From Clostridia bacterium (GTDB lineage: Bacteria > Bacillota > Clostridia > Christensenellales > QALW01): 64,000 bases of DNA. Under the pieces are notes generated by a model, which did no database searches, was not told where the DNA came from, and saw only the letters and a program-made list of their open reading frames with translations. This document shows positions 55,519 through 64,000 of the stretch, in pieces. Position 1 is the first letter of the stretch. Every line of letters begins with the position of its first letter. The DNA is taken from contig JAZRZN010000034.1 of the NCBI GenBank assembly GCA_045601365.1, positions 29,888 to 93,887 of the forward strand, read 5' to 3'. Both the position numbers and the translations under genes were made by a program.

Positions 55519-57410
55519 TTTTCCTCCTTCTTATAGAACAGCACGGATAACGGGGGTAATGTCACGCGGATGCGGTTCGGGAACTCCTCCGAATCGTTGT
55601 CGGTAACGGCTTCGTCGATGATTATCGAGCCGTTTCCGCCGAACTCGCGCCCGTCACTGTTGAGGAGCAACGTATATTTTCCTTCCTCGGGTGCGCTCAT
55701 CCAATAGTCGAATCGCTCAACAGGAGTCATATTGACGATGGCAATGACCGTTTCTCCGCCGCCGAAGCGGGCCATCGAATATACACTGTTATCGGCATCG
55801 TCGGCATTCAGCCACTTGAAGCCGTCCCAGGAATCATCCTGCTGCCAGAATGCCGGATGATCGTTGTACATTGCAAGCAATGCTTTATTGAACTGATACA
55901 GACCGCGGTGCGTTTCATACTGAAGCAGCTTCCACTCGATCTGCTCATAATAACGCCATTCTATAAACTGACCTATCTCACAGCCCATGAATGTGAGCTT
56001 TTTGCCGGGATGCGCGAACATGTAGCCCAAATACGCCTTGAGTGAAGCGAACTTCTGATAATAATCGCCGCTCATCTTGTCAAGCAGGCTCTTTTTGCCG
56101 TGAACGCACTCATCGTGTGATATCGGCAGGATATAGTCCTCGTTGTAGGCATACATCATGGAGAACGTCATCTTATTATGTATTCCGCTTCGGAAGAACG
56201 GGTCTGACTGCATATAATCAAGCGTGTCGTTCATCCAGCCCATGTTCCACTTGTAGGTGAAGCCAAGGCCGCCATCGGCAACAGGATGTGTTACAAGCGG
56301 ATAATTTCCCGATTCCTCGGCTATCATTATTACGCCCGGGAAACGCTCCGCAACGTAATTGTTAAGTGTTTTGAAGAACTCCGCCGCGTCAAGATCTTCC
56401 TTGCCGCCGTAAATATTGGGTGTCCACTCTCCGTCGTTTTTGCCGTAGTCAAGGTAGAGCATACTGCTTACGGCATCGACACGCAGACCATCGATATGGA
56501 ACTCCTTGAGCCAATATACCGCATTGGATATAAGGAACTGCCTTACCATGGGCGACGCAAAATCAAATTTGAGCGTTCCCCATTCGTTGACGGTGTTGTT
56601 GCCCTCATAAAGCGGTGTGCCGTCGAAGCACATGAGCCCGTGTTCATCCTTCGGGAAATGCCCCGGCACCCAATCAAGGATAACGCCTATCGAATTTTCG
56701 TGCATCGTATCAACGAAATATTTGAAATCCTCGGGAATACCGTAGCGCGAAGTAGGCGCGAAATAACCTGTTACCTGATATCCCCACGAACCGTCAAAAG
56801 GATGCTCCGCAATAGGCATAAGCTCGATATGTGTGTAACGGTTGTCCTTAAGGAATTTGACCAAAGCGTCTGCTACCTCGCGGTACGAAAGTATCTCATT
56901 GTTTTTGCCGCGCATCCACGAGCCCATATGTACCTCGTAGATAGCCATCGGCTTATTTTTATCTTCGCGCTTGGAGTGCTTTATGCGCCATTGAAGATCA
57001 TGCCAACGGTATGAATCCGTGTATGTGCAGGATGCGGTTTTCGGTCTCAGCTCCGCAAATTTTGCCATCGGATCGGATTTGAAGATAACACGGTCATCCT
57101 GTGTAAGAATACAATACTTATACAGACACCCCGTAGGTACGCCTTCGATATAGATCTCCCAAAATCCCGTATCCGGTATGCGTTGCATCGGGTGCTTGCC
57201 CGCTTCCCAATTATTGAAATCGCCTACGACACTTACACACTTGGCATTAGGAGCCCACAGCGCGAAATAGTAGCCGTCAATAAGTCCCGTGCTGTTGCAT
57301 ACGGGGCGTGCGCCGAGTATCTCGTCAAGATTTCTGTGCGTACCCTCACAGGCAAGATATAAATCGAAATCGCTTATCATCCTGCTCTTCGTGTAATTTT
57401 CTTTTCCCAT
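55515..57410 (-). CDS. glgB: 1,4-alpha-glucan branching enzyme
   Basis: GH13 motifs ([30 protein letters not shown]). Start at MGKENY (57410), preceded by AGGGAGGA. Confidence 0.92.
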   Translation of the reverse strand: MGKENYTKSRMISDFDLYLACEGTHRNLDEILGARPVCNSTGLIDGYYFALWAPNAKCVSVVGDFNNWEAGKHPMQRIPDTGFWEIYIEGVPTGCLYKYCILTQDDRVIFKSDPMAKFAELRPKTASCTYTDSYRWHDLQWRIKHSKREDKNKPMAIYEVHMGSWMRGKNNEILSYREVADALVKFLKDNRYTHIELMPIAEHPFDGSWGYQVTGYFAPTSRYGIPEDFKYFVDTMHENSIGVILDWVPGHFPKDEHGLMCFDGTPLYEGNNTVNEWGTLKFDFASPMVRQFLISNAVYWLKEFHIDGLRVDAVSSMLYLDYGKNDGEWTPNIYGGKEDLDAAEFFKTLNNYVAERFPGVIMIAEESGNYPLVTHPVADGGLGFTYKWNMGWMNDTLDYMQSDPFFRSGIHNKMTFSMMYAYNEDYILPISHDECVHGKKSLLDKMSGDYYQKFASLKAYLGYMFAHPGKKLTFMGCEIGQFIEWRYYEQIEWKLLQYETHRGLYQFNKALLAMYNDHPAFWQQDDSWDGFKWLNADDADNSVYSMARFGGGETVIAIVNMTPVERFDYWMSAPEEGKYTLLLNSDGREFGGNGSIIIDEAVTDNDSEEFPNRIRVTLPPLSVLFYKKEEK

Positions 57411-57579
57411 CACGGTATCCTCCCTGTAAATAATTTCGGTACTTATATTGTAGCAAAACAGCAACGCAATGTCAATATCGCCAAGCAAAAAAACTTTGAT
57501 ATTTATTCATTTTTTTTACACAAAAGCTTGTATATTACAGTTTTTTTGCGGTAAAAATAATTCTCGGAGGTGTTTTACA

Positions 57580-58314
57580 ATGAATCTCGGATCAATTCAG
57601 GATAAAACGGGAAACCGTATCCTGCGCAAGAAAACAGTCACAAAGATACTGAGTACAACTGCCGTGTGCGTCTGCGCCGCCGTAGCCGTGTTCTCTGCGG
57701 TAACGCTCTCAAAAAAGGACAGCGGTAACATTCCTGTGCTTGAAGCACCATCGCCTACCCCTAAATCCGCTTCCGGCAACGCAAGCGTAACGGGCGGCAA
57801 AACCTCAGGTACGTCGGGCAGCACGGGCAACACCGATATTGACAGCAGCACGGGAGCCGCGGATAAGGCATCATCCTCGGGAACTTCCGCACTCAAGATG
57901 GCTCTGCCCGTCAGCGGCGGAAACATTCTCAAGGGCTATGCTTCAGACATGCTCGTTTATTCGGGAACGCTCAAGCATTGGAGTACACATAACGGCATCG
58001 ACCTTGCCGCGAATGAGGGTGCCGATGTATTCGCCGCGCTCGACGGAACGGTAGAATCGGTGTGCGAGGACGAGCTGATGGGTACTGTCGTAACACTTGA
58101 ACACGAAAACGGCTTCAAAACAGTGTATGCTTCGCTCGGCGGCATATGCGAAAACATCAAAGAAGGTGCTGCCGTAATGAAGGGACAAGCCGTAGGGACT
58201 GTAGGCACAACTGCCGCCGCGGAATCCGCCGATGCTCCTCATCTGCATTTCGAAGTGTTTATGAACGGTAAATCCGTAAATCCGCAAAGCTATCTGAGCG
58301 GTCTTTCAAAGTAA
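57580..58314 (+). CDS. M23 family metallopeptidase, membrane-anchored
   Basis: HNGIDLAANEGADVFAALDG and PHLHFEV motifs, an N-terminal TM helix and a Ser/Gly/Thr-rich linker. GGAGG RBS. Confidence 0.85.
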   Translation: MNLGSIQDKTGNRILRKKTVTKILSTTAVCVCAAVAVFSAVTLSKKDSGNIPVLEAPSPTPKSASGNASVTGGKTSGTSGSTGNTDIDSSTGAADKASSSGTSALKMALPVSGGNILKGYASDMLVYSGTLKHWSTHNGIDLAANEGADVFAALDGTVESVCEDELMGTVVTLEHENGFKTVYASLGGICENIKEGAAVMKGQAVGTVGTTAAAESADAPHLHFEVFMNGKSVNPQSYLSGLSK

Positions 58315-58318
58315 CGGT

Positions 58319-58416
58319 AATCTCTAATAAACAAGGCAGTGCAGATGTGAATGAATTTTGTGCAAAAAGCAGATTGCGCAAAATTCACCGCAGATGCTGC
58401 CGCCGAATTATCAGAG
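58319..58416. other. ~100-nt extended imperfect hairpin with three GCAGAT(G/T) copies
   Basis: Pairing ATCTCTAATAA/TTATCAGAGAT (58319-29 / 58406-16), GGCAG/CTGCC and GAATTTTGTGCAA/TTGCGCAAAATTC. GCAGATG at 58341 and 58390; GCAGATT at 58369. Confidence 0.4.
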
Positions 58417-58438
58417 ATCGCCTGATGTCTGCTTAACA

Positions 58439-58502
58439 GAAAAAAGTACCGCGAACTGTCTGCCGTAATCATCACGGCATGCATGTCCACGGTACTTTTT
58501 TC
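58439..58502. terminator. bidirectional terminator between convergent genes
   Basis: AAAAAAGTACCG...CGGTACTTTTTT long-range stem enclosing the TGCCGTaatcatcACGGCA hairpin. Confidence 0.65.
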
Positions 58503-58965
58503 AAAATTCGACCATTTCGTGATATATTCTGTCCCTTGTCAAATGCAATATACAATACGTTTGCTTAAAGCCGTCTCTCGGTCTGCACAGCGAGCCCGGA
58601 TTTATGTACCAACGCCCGTTCACAAGATCCGCCTGCGGAATATGCGTATGTCCGTACAGCACTATATCCGCACCGTTTTTTTCAGCCGCCGTTTCAAGCG
58701 AGGAAAGCGAATATTTGACATCGTACCTGTGACCGTGAGTAACGAATATCCTATGCCCCTCTGCCTCAACAAGCTCTTCACTCTTGCCTGAAATATCACA
58801 GTTGCCGGCAACAAAATACACGGGACACGAAACATAGTTTTTCAGCATTTCCGCGTCACGCTTGCCGTCTCCGCAATGGATTATCATGTCGGCAGATGTG
58901 GCTATGCGCAGAAAATCCGAAAAGAAAAACGAATTATGCGTATCGCTCAAAACGTAAACATTCAT
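58501..58965 (-). CDS. YfcE/MJ0936-type metallophosphoesterase
   Basis: MNVYVLSDTHN, IHCGDG, VAGNCD and THGH...YGHTH motifs. Confidence 0.85.
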   Translation of the reverse strand: MNVYVLSDTHNSFFFSDFLRIATSADMIIHCGDGKRDAEMLKNYVSCPVYFVAGNCDISGKSEELVEAEGHRIFVTHGHRYDVKYSLSSLETAAEKNGADIVLYGHTHIPQADLVNGRWYINPGSLCRPRDGFKQTYCILHLTRDRIYHEMVEF

Positions 58966-59543
58966 AACTGTGCCACAAGCTCCCTCAACGCCTTCCCGCG
59001 GTGGCTCATGCCGTTTTTCTGCTCGGGTGACATTTCTGCCGATGTCATTTTGTATTCAGGCACATAAAACAGTGAATCGTATCCGAAGCCGTTTTCGCCT
59101 TTTTCCTCAAAGCCTATTTCGCCCCAAAAACGGCCTTCACTTTCGTACACTCTGCCGTCCGGCATCGTAAGCGCTATCGCGCATGCAAAATACGCCTTGC
59201 GGTCGGTGATGCCCTCCATATTTTTAAGGAGCAGGTCGCGGTTATCCTGATCCGAAGCATCGTGTCCGTCACTTGACGCATAGCGTGCCGAATACACGCC
59301 CGGTGCGCCGCCGAGTGCCTCGACGCAAAGCCCGCTGTCATCGGCAAGTGCAGGCAGACCCGTAAGTTCTGTTATCTCTCTTGCTTTTTTAAGCGCGTTG
59401 CCTGCAAACGTATCGGCATCCTCAACGGTTTCATGTACTATTCCGGCTTCACGCAGTGTGAGCATTTCATCAAAGCGTCCGCCGAGTATCTTTTTTATTT
59501 CCTCTGCCTTATGTTTGTTGTTGGTAGCAAGAATAAGTTTCAT
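58962..59543 (-). CDS. rdgB: XTP/dITP diphosphatase (RdgB/HAM1)
   Basis: MKLILATNNKHKAEEI...EDADTFAGNALKKA...GFGYDSLF motifs. Confidence 0.9.
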   Translation of the reverse strand: MKLILATNNKHKAEEIKKILGGRFDEMLTLREAGIVHETVEDADTFAGNALKKAREITELTGLPALADDSGLCVEALGGAPGVYSARYASSDGHDASDQDNRDLLLKNMEGITDRKAYFACAIALTMPDGRVYESEGRFWGEIGFEEKGENGFGYDSLFYVPEYKMTSAEMSPEQKNGMSHRGKALRELVAQL

Positions 59544-59673
59544 AAAACATATCTCCGTTCAATATTTTTTTTAATGTACCATCAAGTATAAGTTTTGTCA
59601 ATAAAATTATTTACTTTTTGTCGTGCGGCATGGTATAATCGTAAAAAAGTTCATAATTGAAGGAATCGTATTT

Positions 59674-60387
59674 ATGAAAGATTTCGGATACCGCCTTGAG
59701 TATTTTTTCTTCCCGTGGGATGCGCACTGCCTGCTTTGCAAAAATGAACATGTTGAAAAATACGGTCTGTGCAAGGATTGTCTGCGTGAGCTTGAAGCTC
59801 CTGACGGCGACCGCTGTAAAATATGCCTTGACAGAACAGATACGGAAGGTTTGTGCGGAGAATGCTTTGCGTTGCCGCCGGATTATGAGTGTTTGTTCTC
59901 ACCGTTCGTGTTCGACGGTGTACTTCGGGAATTGCTGCATGACTTCAAATTCAACAACAAACGGTATCTCCGTTACCCGCTCGCGCAAATGCTGCTCGAT
60001 GCCATACCGCAGAACATACTGTCGGAATGTGATATATTCATTCCCGTACCGATGTCAACCGACAGGCTCAGGGAGCGGGGCTACAATCAGACTGAGCTTC
60101 TTGTCCGTGAGCTGACGCGCCTTACGGATATCCCCTGCATCAACGATGCACTGAAAAAGCTGCCCGGACAAAAACATATGTCGCTTCTTAACAAAGCAGA
60201 GCGCAGAAAGAACATAAAAGGTTTTTATTATTGCGATAAAAAGCTCTGCGGCGAAACAGTGCTTCTCGTCGATGATATATGTACGACCGGAGAGACATTA
60301 CGAACCTGTGCGCAAGAGCTGAAAAAAGCGAACGCCGGTAAAATATACTGTGTTACCGTAGCAAGAACAGACCTGAAAACAAAATAA
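59674..60387 (+). CDS. comF: ComF family phosphoribosyltransferase-like protein
   Basis: N-terminal Cys-rich zinc finger (CLLC...CKDC...CKIC...CGEC) and the PRT motif VLLVDDICTTGETL. Confidence 0.82.
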   Translation: MKDFGYRLEYFFFPWDAHCLLCKNEHVEKYGLCKDCLRELEAPDGDRCKICLDRTDTEGLCGECFALPPDYECLFSPFVFDGVLRELLHDFKFNNKRYLRYPLAQMLLDAIPQNILSECDIFIPVPMSTDRLRERGYNQTELLVRELTRLTDIPCINDALKKLPGQKHMSLLNKAERRKNIKGFYYCDKKLCGETVLLVDDICTTGETLRTCAQELKKANAGKIYCVTVARTDLKTK

Positions 60388-60559
60388 TAAACGATTCGGG
60401 TATACACAGCAAAAACTTGTTGTAGTTATTTGATTTTTGTTGTATAATAATGTTTGCTGAATAGTTGCTGACACGCCGTCGGCAGCTCACGAAAAGTATT
60501 TTTATGCTTTTTCTGCCAAAATCTTGCGATTTTGGCTTCAACAGTCATTATAATAAAAA

Positions 60560-61777
60560 ATGTACGATAAAAAAAGCAGTATAGAGATGTTATATTTGGA
60601 ATCAAAAGATCACCTCAGAATAAAAATACGCATAAAAAAAACCGCGGTATGTCTTTGCCTGCTCTGCTCGGTATTTGTGACAGGATGCGGCGATCCGCCT
60701 TCCGATATTTTTATCGAAAACACAACACCAAGCACTATAGCGACTGCCAAAGCAACGCCTTCAAGCACCGCCGTACCTGAAACACCGATACCGTCGGATG
60801 CTCCCACCGCTACCGCAAAAGCACAAATTTCTTCGCCCGCCCGCCCTACCGCACCGCCGTCCGGTGGCGGCACATCGAACACACCGGCTTTTACCGATCT
60901 CACATCTTCGCATCAAATCGAAGGTGCTGTTCCGGAAAGTGATGCCGTTGATCCGTCATTTTTCAACGATGCAGTATTCGTGGGCGACTCAGTAAGCCTC
61001 AAGCTGAAACTCTACGAAGCAAAGAAAAATGTTCTCGGCGATGCCGCATTCTTAACGGCGGGAAGCTTCAGTACATCGAATGCGCTCGGTCCTGTTACGT
61101 CTTCCTCGACTCACCCGACATTCCCTAACGTACCGAAGCAAAAGCTTGAGGACACTATCCCGTACACAGGCAAAACAAAAGTATATATCATGCTCGGCAT
61201 GAACGATATCGGCATCAGCTCGATAGATGCTGCCGTTGCAAGAATGGAAACGCTCTGCGGACTTATTCTTCAAAAGACACCGTCGGCTTCGATTTTCATA
61301 GAATCAATGACACCGATAACCTCAACGAGCAACAGAACATCATCAAAAGGCATTAACAACACAAGGATATTCGAATACAATCAGAAGCTCTGTGAGCTTT
61401 GCCAAAGACACGGATGGAAATTCGTCAACGTCGCAGAGGTCATGTACAACGACAGCGGATATCTCAAGTTTGAATATTGCAGCGACTCTAACGGCATGGG
61501 CATGCATTTTACGGATGCGGGCTGTGCCGCATGGGTACAGTATCTTTACACGCACAGCGGCGTTATAAAGGCTACTCCTACGCCGACACCCACACCCACA
61601 CCCACACCCACATCGGTGCCGACACCCACACCTACAGATGCAAATACAAACTCGGATGTCGTAGTATCGCCGGATACATCACCCGATACATCGCCCGATA
61701 CGTCACCGGACACATCTCCGGATGTGCCTGTATCCGAAGAGACCGACACCGAAGGTGAGATAGTCACAACACCGTAA
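60560..61777 (+). CDS. SGNH/GDSL hydrolase-like lipoprotein with Pro/Thr/Ser-rich linkers
   Basis: Lipobox FVTGC. AVFVGDSVSLK (block I Ser), YIMLGMND, ...MHFTDAGCAAW (block V D-x-x-H-like region). The start is uncertain (no clear RBS; alternative Met at 60587). Confidence 0.65.
   Translation: MYDKKSSIEMLYLESKDHLRIKIRIKKTAVCLCLLCSVFVTGCGDPPSDIFIENTTPSTIATAKATPSSTAVPETPIPSDAPTATAKAQISSPARPTAPPSGGGTSNTPAFTDLTSSHQIEGAVPESDAVDPSFFNDAVFVGDSVSLKLKLYEAKKNVLGDAAFLTAGSFSTSNALGPVTSSSTHPTFPNVPKQKLEDTIPYTGKTKVYIMLGMNDIGISSIDAAVARMETLCGLILQKTPSASIFIESMTPITSTSNRTSSKGINNTRIFEYNQKLCELCQRHGWKFVNVAEVMYNDSGYLKFEYCSDSNGMGMHFTDAGCAAWVQYLYTHSGVIKATPTPTPTPTPTPTSVPTPTPTDANTNSDVVVSPDTSPDTSPDTSPDTSPDVPVSEETDTEGEIVTTP
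61574..61726 (+). repeat. in-frame (Thr-Pro)n tract and 5 x 12-nt tandem repeat encoding SPDT
   Basis: 61574-61636 encodes TPTPTPTPTPTPTSVPTPTPT. 61667-61726 holds five tcNccNgaNacN units encoding SPDTSPDTSPDTSPDTSPDV. Confidence 0.85.
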
Positions 61778-61811
61778 TATCGGTGATTTTTACAGAAAGG
61801 TATCCAAAAAA

Positions 61812-62336
61812 ATGAAAGTTTTATCTAAAATTTTTGCTGTTACGCTCACCGCCATGATATTCTTCTGCGGTTGCGCAAAAAACGCCGAAAACGGCAGTGC
61901 AACCATCACCGAAGCACCGACCGCATCCGAAACACCCACAGCACCGACCGATATAGACCTGCAAGCACTCATGAACGAGCTTACATCAGTCCTCATCGCC
62001 GATGAGCCTTTCGCGCTCGATGCACAGGGACTTAACGATATGTACGGTATCGCCGTTGATGACATGGCGGATTCCGCTTGTGTACTTACCATGGACGGTG
62101 TCTTTCCCGATGAAATAATCGTCATCAAGGCGAAGGACGCGGACGCGAAGCAACGCATCAAAGACAACCTTCAACTGCGTCTTGACGATGTGCTTGTACA
62201 ATCCAAGGACTACGATCCCGAGAACTATGCTCTTGCCCAAAAATGCAAGATATCCGAGCATGGCGACTACATCGCGCTGTTCATCTCTGCCGAACATGAA
62301 AGCATGGAGAATATATTCGATAAAGCATTCAAATGA
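61812..62336 (+). CDS. DUF4358 lipoprotein
   Basis: Lipobox FFCGC. ...LNDMYGI...SACVLTMDGVFPDEIIVIKAKDADAKQRIKDNL...GDYIALFIS matches my recollection of DUF4358. Confidence 0.65.
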   Translation: MKVLSKIFAVTLTAMIFFCGCAKNAENGSATITEAPTASETPTAPTDIDLQALMNELTSVLIADEPFALDAQGLNDMYGIAVDDMADSACVLTMDGVFPDEIIVIKAKDADAKQRIKDNLQLRLDDVLVQSKDYDPENYALAQKCKISEHGDYIALFISAEHESMENIFDKAFK

Positions 62337-62352
62337 TTTTTGAGGTCTGAAA

Positions 62353-63744
62353 ATGGTCTTTTCAAGCTTACCGTTCCTGTTTATGTTTCTGCCGTTGACA
62401 TTGGCAATCTATTATCTGTTACCGAAAAAGCTGAGAAACGGCTGGCTTCTTATAGCCAGCTTGTTCTTTTACGGCTACGGAGAGCCTGTATTCGTACTGC
62501 TGATGCTTGCCTCGATTTTGTGGAATTACCTTTGCGGCATTGCGGTCGGAGCATTACACGGCACTCCGAAAAAGCTGATGCTCATCGCAAGCATCGCCGT
62601 TGATATTGCCGCACTCTGTTATTTCAAATATACAGGTCTGCTTGTCGGCACACTGAAAAATCTACCTTTATTTTCATTTTTACCCGATCCCGATATCGCA
62701 CTGCCTATCGGAATATCATTCTACACTTTCCAGACTGTGTCTTACGTCATAGACGTTTACCGCGGCAACTGCAAAATCCAAAAAAACATCATTTCTTTCG
62801 GAACATATGTTGCGCTGTTTCCACAGCTCATCGCAGGACCTATCGTCCGTTATACGGACATTGAAAAACAGCTTGATGATCGCCGAGAAGCGCCGGAGCT
62901 TTTTTCAAACGGCGTAAGGCTGTTTCTTGTCGGCTTATGCAAAAAGCTTCTTATCGCAAATCAAATGGGACTTATATGGGACACGGTGAACGCCACCGCC
63001 TCATCGTGCGGCATCGCGGGGCACTGGTTCGGCATACTTGCATTCACGCTCCAGATATATTTTGATTTTTCCGGCTATTCGGACATGGCACGCGGGCTCG
63101 GGAACATGTTCGGCTTCAGCTTTCTTAAGAATTTCGATTACCCGTATATTTCAAAAAGCATCACCGAATTCTGGCGACGCTGGCATATTTCGCTCGGCAC
63201 ATGGTTCCGTGAATACGTTTATATACCGCTCGGCGGAAACCGTTGCGGCAAGCTCCGCCAAGCAGTAAACATACTTATCGTATGGGGCTTGACAGGTATC
63301 TGGCACGGCGCTTCATGGAATTTTATGATATGGGGACTTTATTTCGGCATTCTCCTGCTTTGTGAAAAATTCTTTTGGGGCAATTTCCTCAAAAAGCTTC
63401 ATCCGATCTTTTCACATATCTACGCGCTTATTTTCATAGTGTTCGGCTGGCTTATTTTTGAAAGTCCTTCGCTCGCTTTTCTGCTTGATTACCTGCGCGG
63501 GATGTTTTCGCCAAGCTACGGCTTGTGCAACGGTGATACGCTGTATCTTATCATTACCTCGCTTCCGATTTTCGCACTTGCCGTATTCGCTTGTCTGCCT
63601 CTCGGCAAGACGCTTTACACAAAGCTTGCATGCACAAAAGCCTTCCCCCTGCTCGAATCCGTCGCCGTGATCCTGTTGCTTTTGCTCTGCACTGCCGTGA
63701 TGGTCAGCTCAACATATAACCCGTTCCTGTATTTCAGGTTTTAG
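62353..63744 (+). CDS. MBOAT family O-acyltransferase (AlgI/DltB-like)
   Basis: MVFSSLPFLFMFLP start, GISFYTFQ, and the catalytic His region FWRRWHISLGTWFREYVYIPLGGNR. Confidence 0.9.
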   Translation: MVFSSLPFLFMFLPLTLAIYYLLPKKLRNGWLLIASLFFYGYGEPVFVLLMLASILWNYLCGIAVGALHGTPKKLMLIASIAVDIAALCYFKYTGLLVGTLKNLPLFSFLPDPDIALPIGISFYTFQTVSYVIDVYRGNCKIQKNIISFGTYVALFPQLIAGPIVRYTDIEKQLDDRREAPELFSNGVRLFLVGLCKKLLIANQMGLIWDTVNATASSCGIAGHWFGILAFTLQIYFDFSGYSDMARGLGNMFGFSFLKNFDYPYISKSITEFWRRWHISLGTWFREYVYIPLGGNRCGKLRQAVNILIVWGLTGIWHGASWNFMIWGLYFGILLLCEKFFWGNFLKKLHPIFSHIYALIFIVFGWLIFESPSLAFLLDYLRGMFSPSYGLCNGDTLYLIITSLPIFALAVFACLPLGKTLYTKLACTKAFPLLESVAVILLLLLCTAVMVSSTYNPFLYFRF

Positions 63745-63771
63745 CCGATATCAACGGAAAGGAGATTTGTG

Positions 63772-64000
63772 ATGAAAAATAAGAACAGGCTGCTGCCGAT
63801 AATATTCTGCTCATATATACTCATATTTGCCCTGCTTTTTCTTTTGCTGCCGAAAAAAGATCTTTCCGAAAACGAAAAGCGTGTGCTTACGCAACTTGAC
63901 GCGCCGACATTTGCCGAAGTCGCAGACGGGTCATTCACAAATGAGCTTGAAGACTATATCTCCGATCATTTTCCGTTCCGGGATACGTTTGTCGGAATAA
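63772..64000 (+). CDS. DHHW-family-like protein, N-terminal 76 codons (runs off window end)
   Basis: My own translation: MKNKNRLLPIIFCSYILIFALLFLLLPKKDLSENEKRVLTQ...FTNELEDYISDHFPFRDTFVGI. GGAGA RBS. The usual partner immediately after an MBOAT gene. Confidence 0.55.
   Translation, partial: MKNKNRLLPIIFCSYILIFALLFLLLPKKDLSENEKRVLTQLDAPTFAEVADGSFTNELEDYISDHFPFRDTFVGI

Overview
This 64-kb window looks chromosomal and comes from a Gram-positive anaerobe. The gene content resembles a gut Clostridia (Oscillospiraceae/Ruminococcaceae-type) genome: glgBCD, DUF951, the TIGR03960/TIGR03936 radical-SAM pair, an MBOAT/DHHW/DUF4358 set, type III glutamine synthetase and GH140-like lipoproteins. That placement, and every family call below, rests on reading motifs by eye; no search was run. 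I call 62 protein genes and find no rRNA, tRNA, CRISPR array, transposase or integrase. Order of content: (1) atpIBEFH-atpA (atpA truncated at the window start), nrdR, murI. (2) A redox-rich glycan locus at 5.2-16 kb: FAD oxidoreductase, GH140-like lipoprotein, two Gfo/Idh/MocA proteins, an AraC regulator, a heparinase II/III-like protein, a secreted 636-aa protein plus a 61-aa acidic peptide, and a divergent XRE regulator. (3) An operon of GH99-like protein, Apt, PAP2 phosphatase and a 670-aa unknown. (4) Housekeeping genes: cca, lepB, dusB, Sua5, RNase G, radical-SAM pair, DeoR, ZIP transporter, glnN, glgBCD, rdgB, comF. (5) A low-GC type II-like m5C restriction-modification cassette at 46.7-50.0 kb. 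(6) A partial O-acylation set at the 3' end (SGNH, DUF4358, MBOAT, DHHW). The items most worth follow-up are the R-M cassette with an unclassifiable PD-(D/E)xK nuclease and a methyltransferase carrying an extra 257-aa domain; a 267-bp triple-nested palindromic element between a terminator and a promoter; a Na+-type two-carboxylate ATP synthase c subunit; the transporter-less redox glycan locus; a membrane-tethered PH-PepV fusion operon; and a low-GC patch carrying an XRE gene, back-to-back promoters and the 5' end of a secreted-protein gene. I cannot show that any one of these is a truly undescribed system, and homology and synteny searches are needed for all of them.
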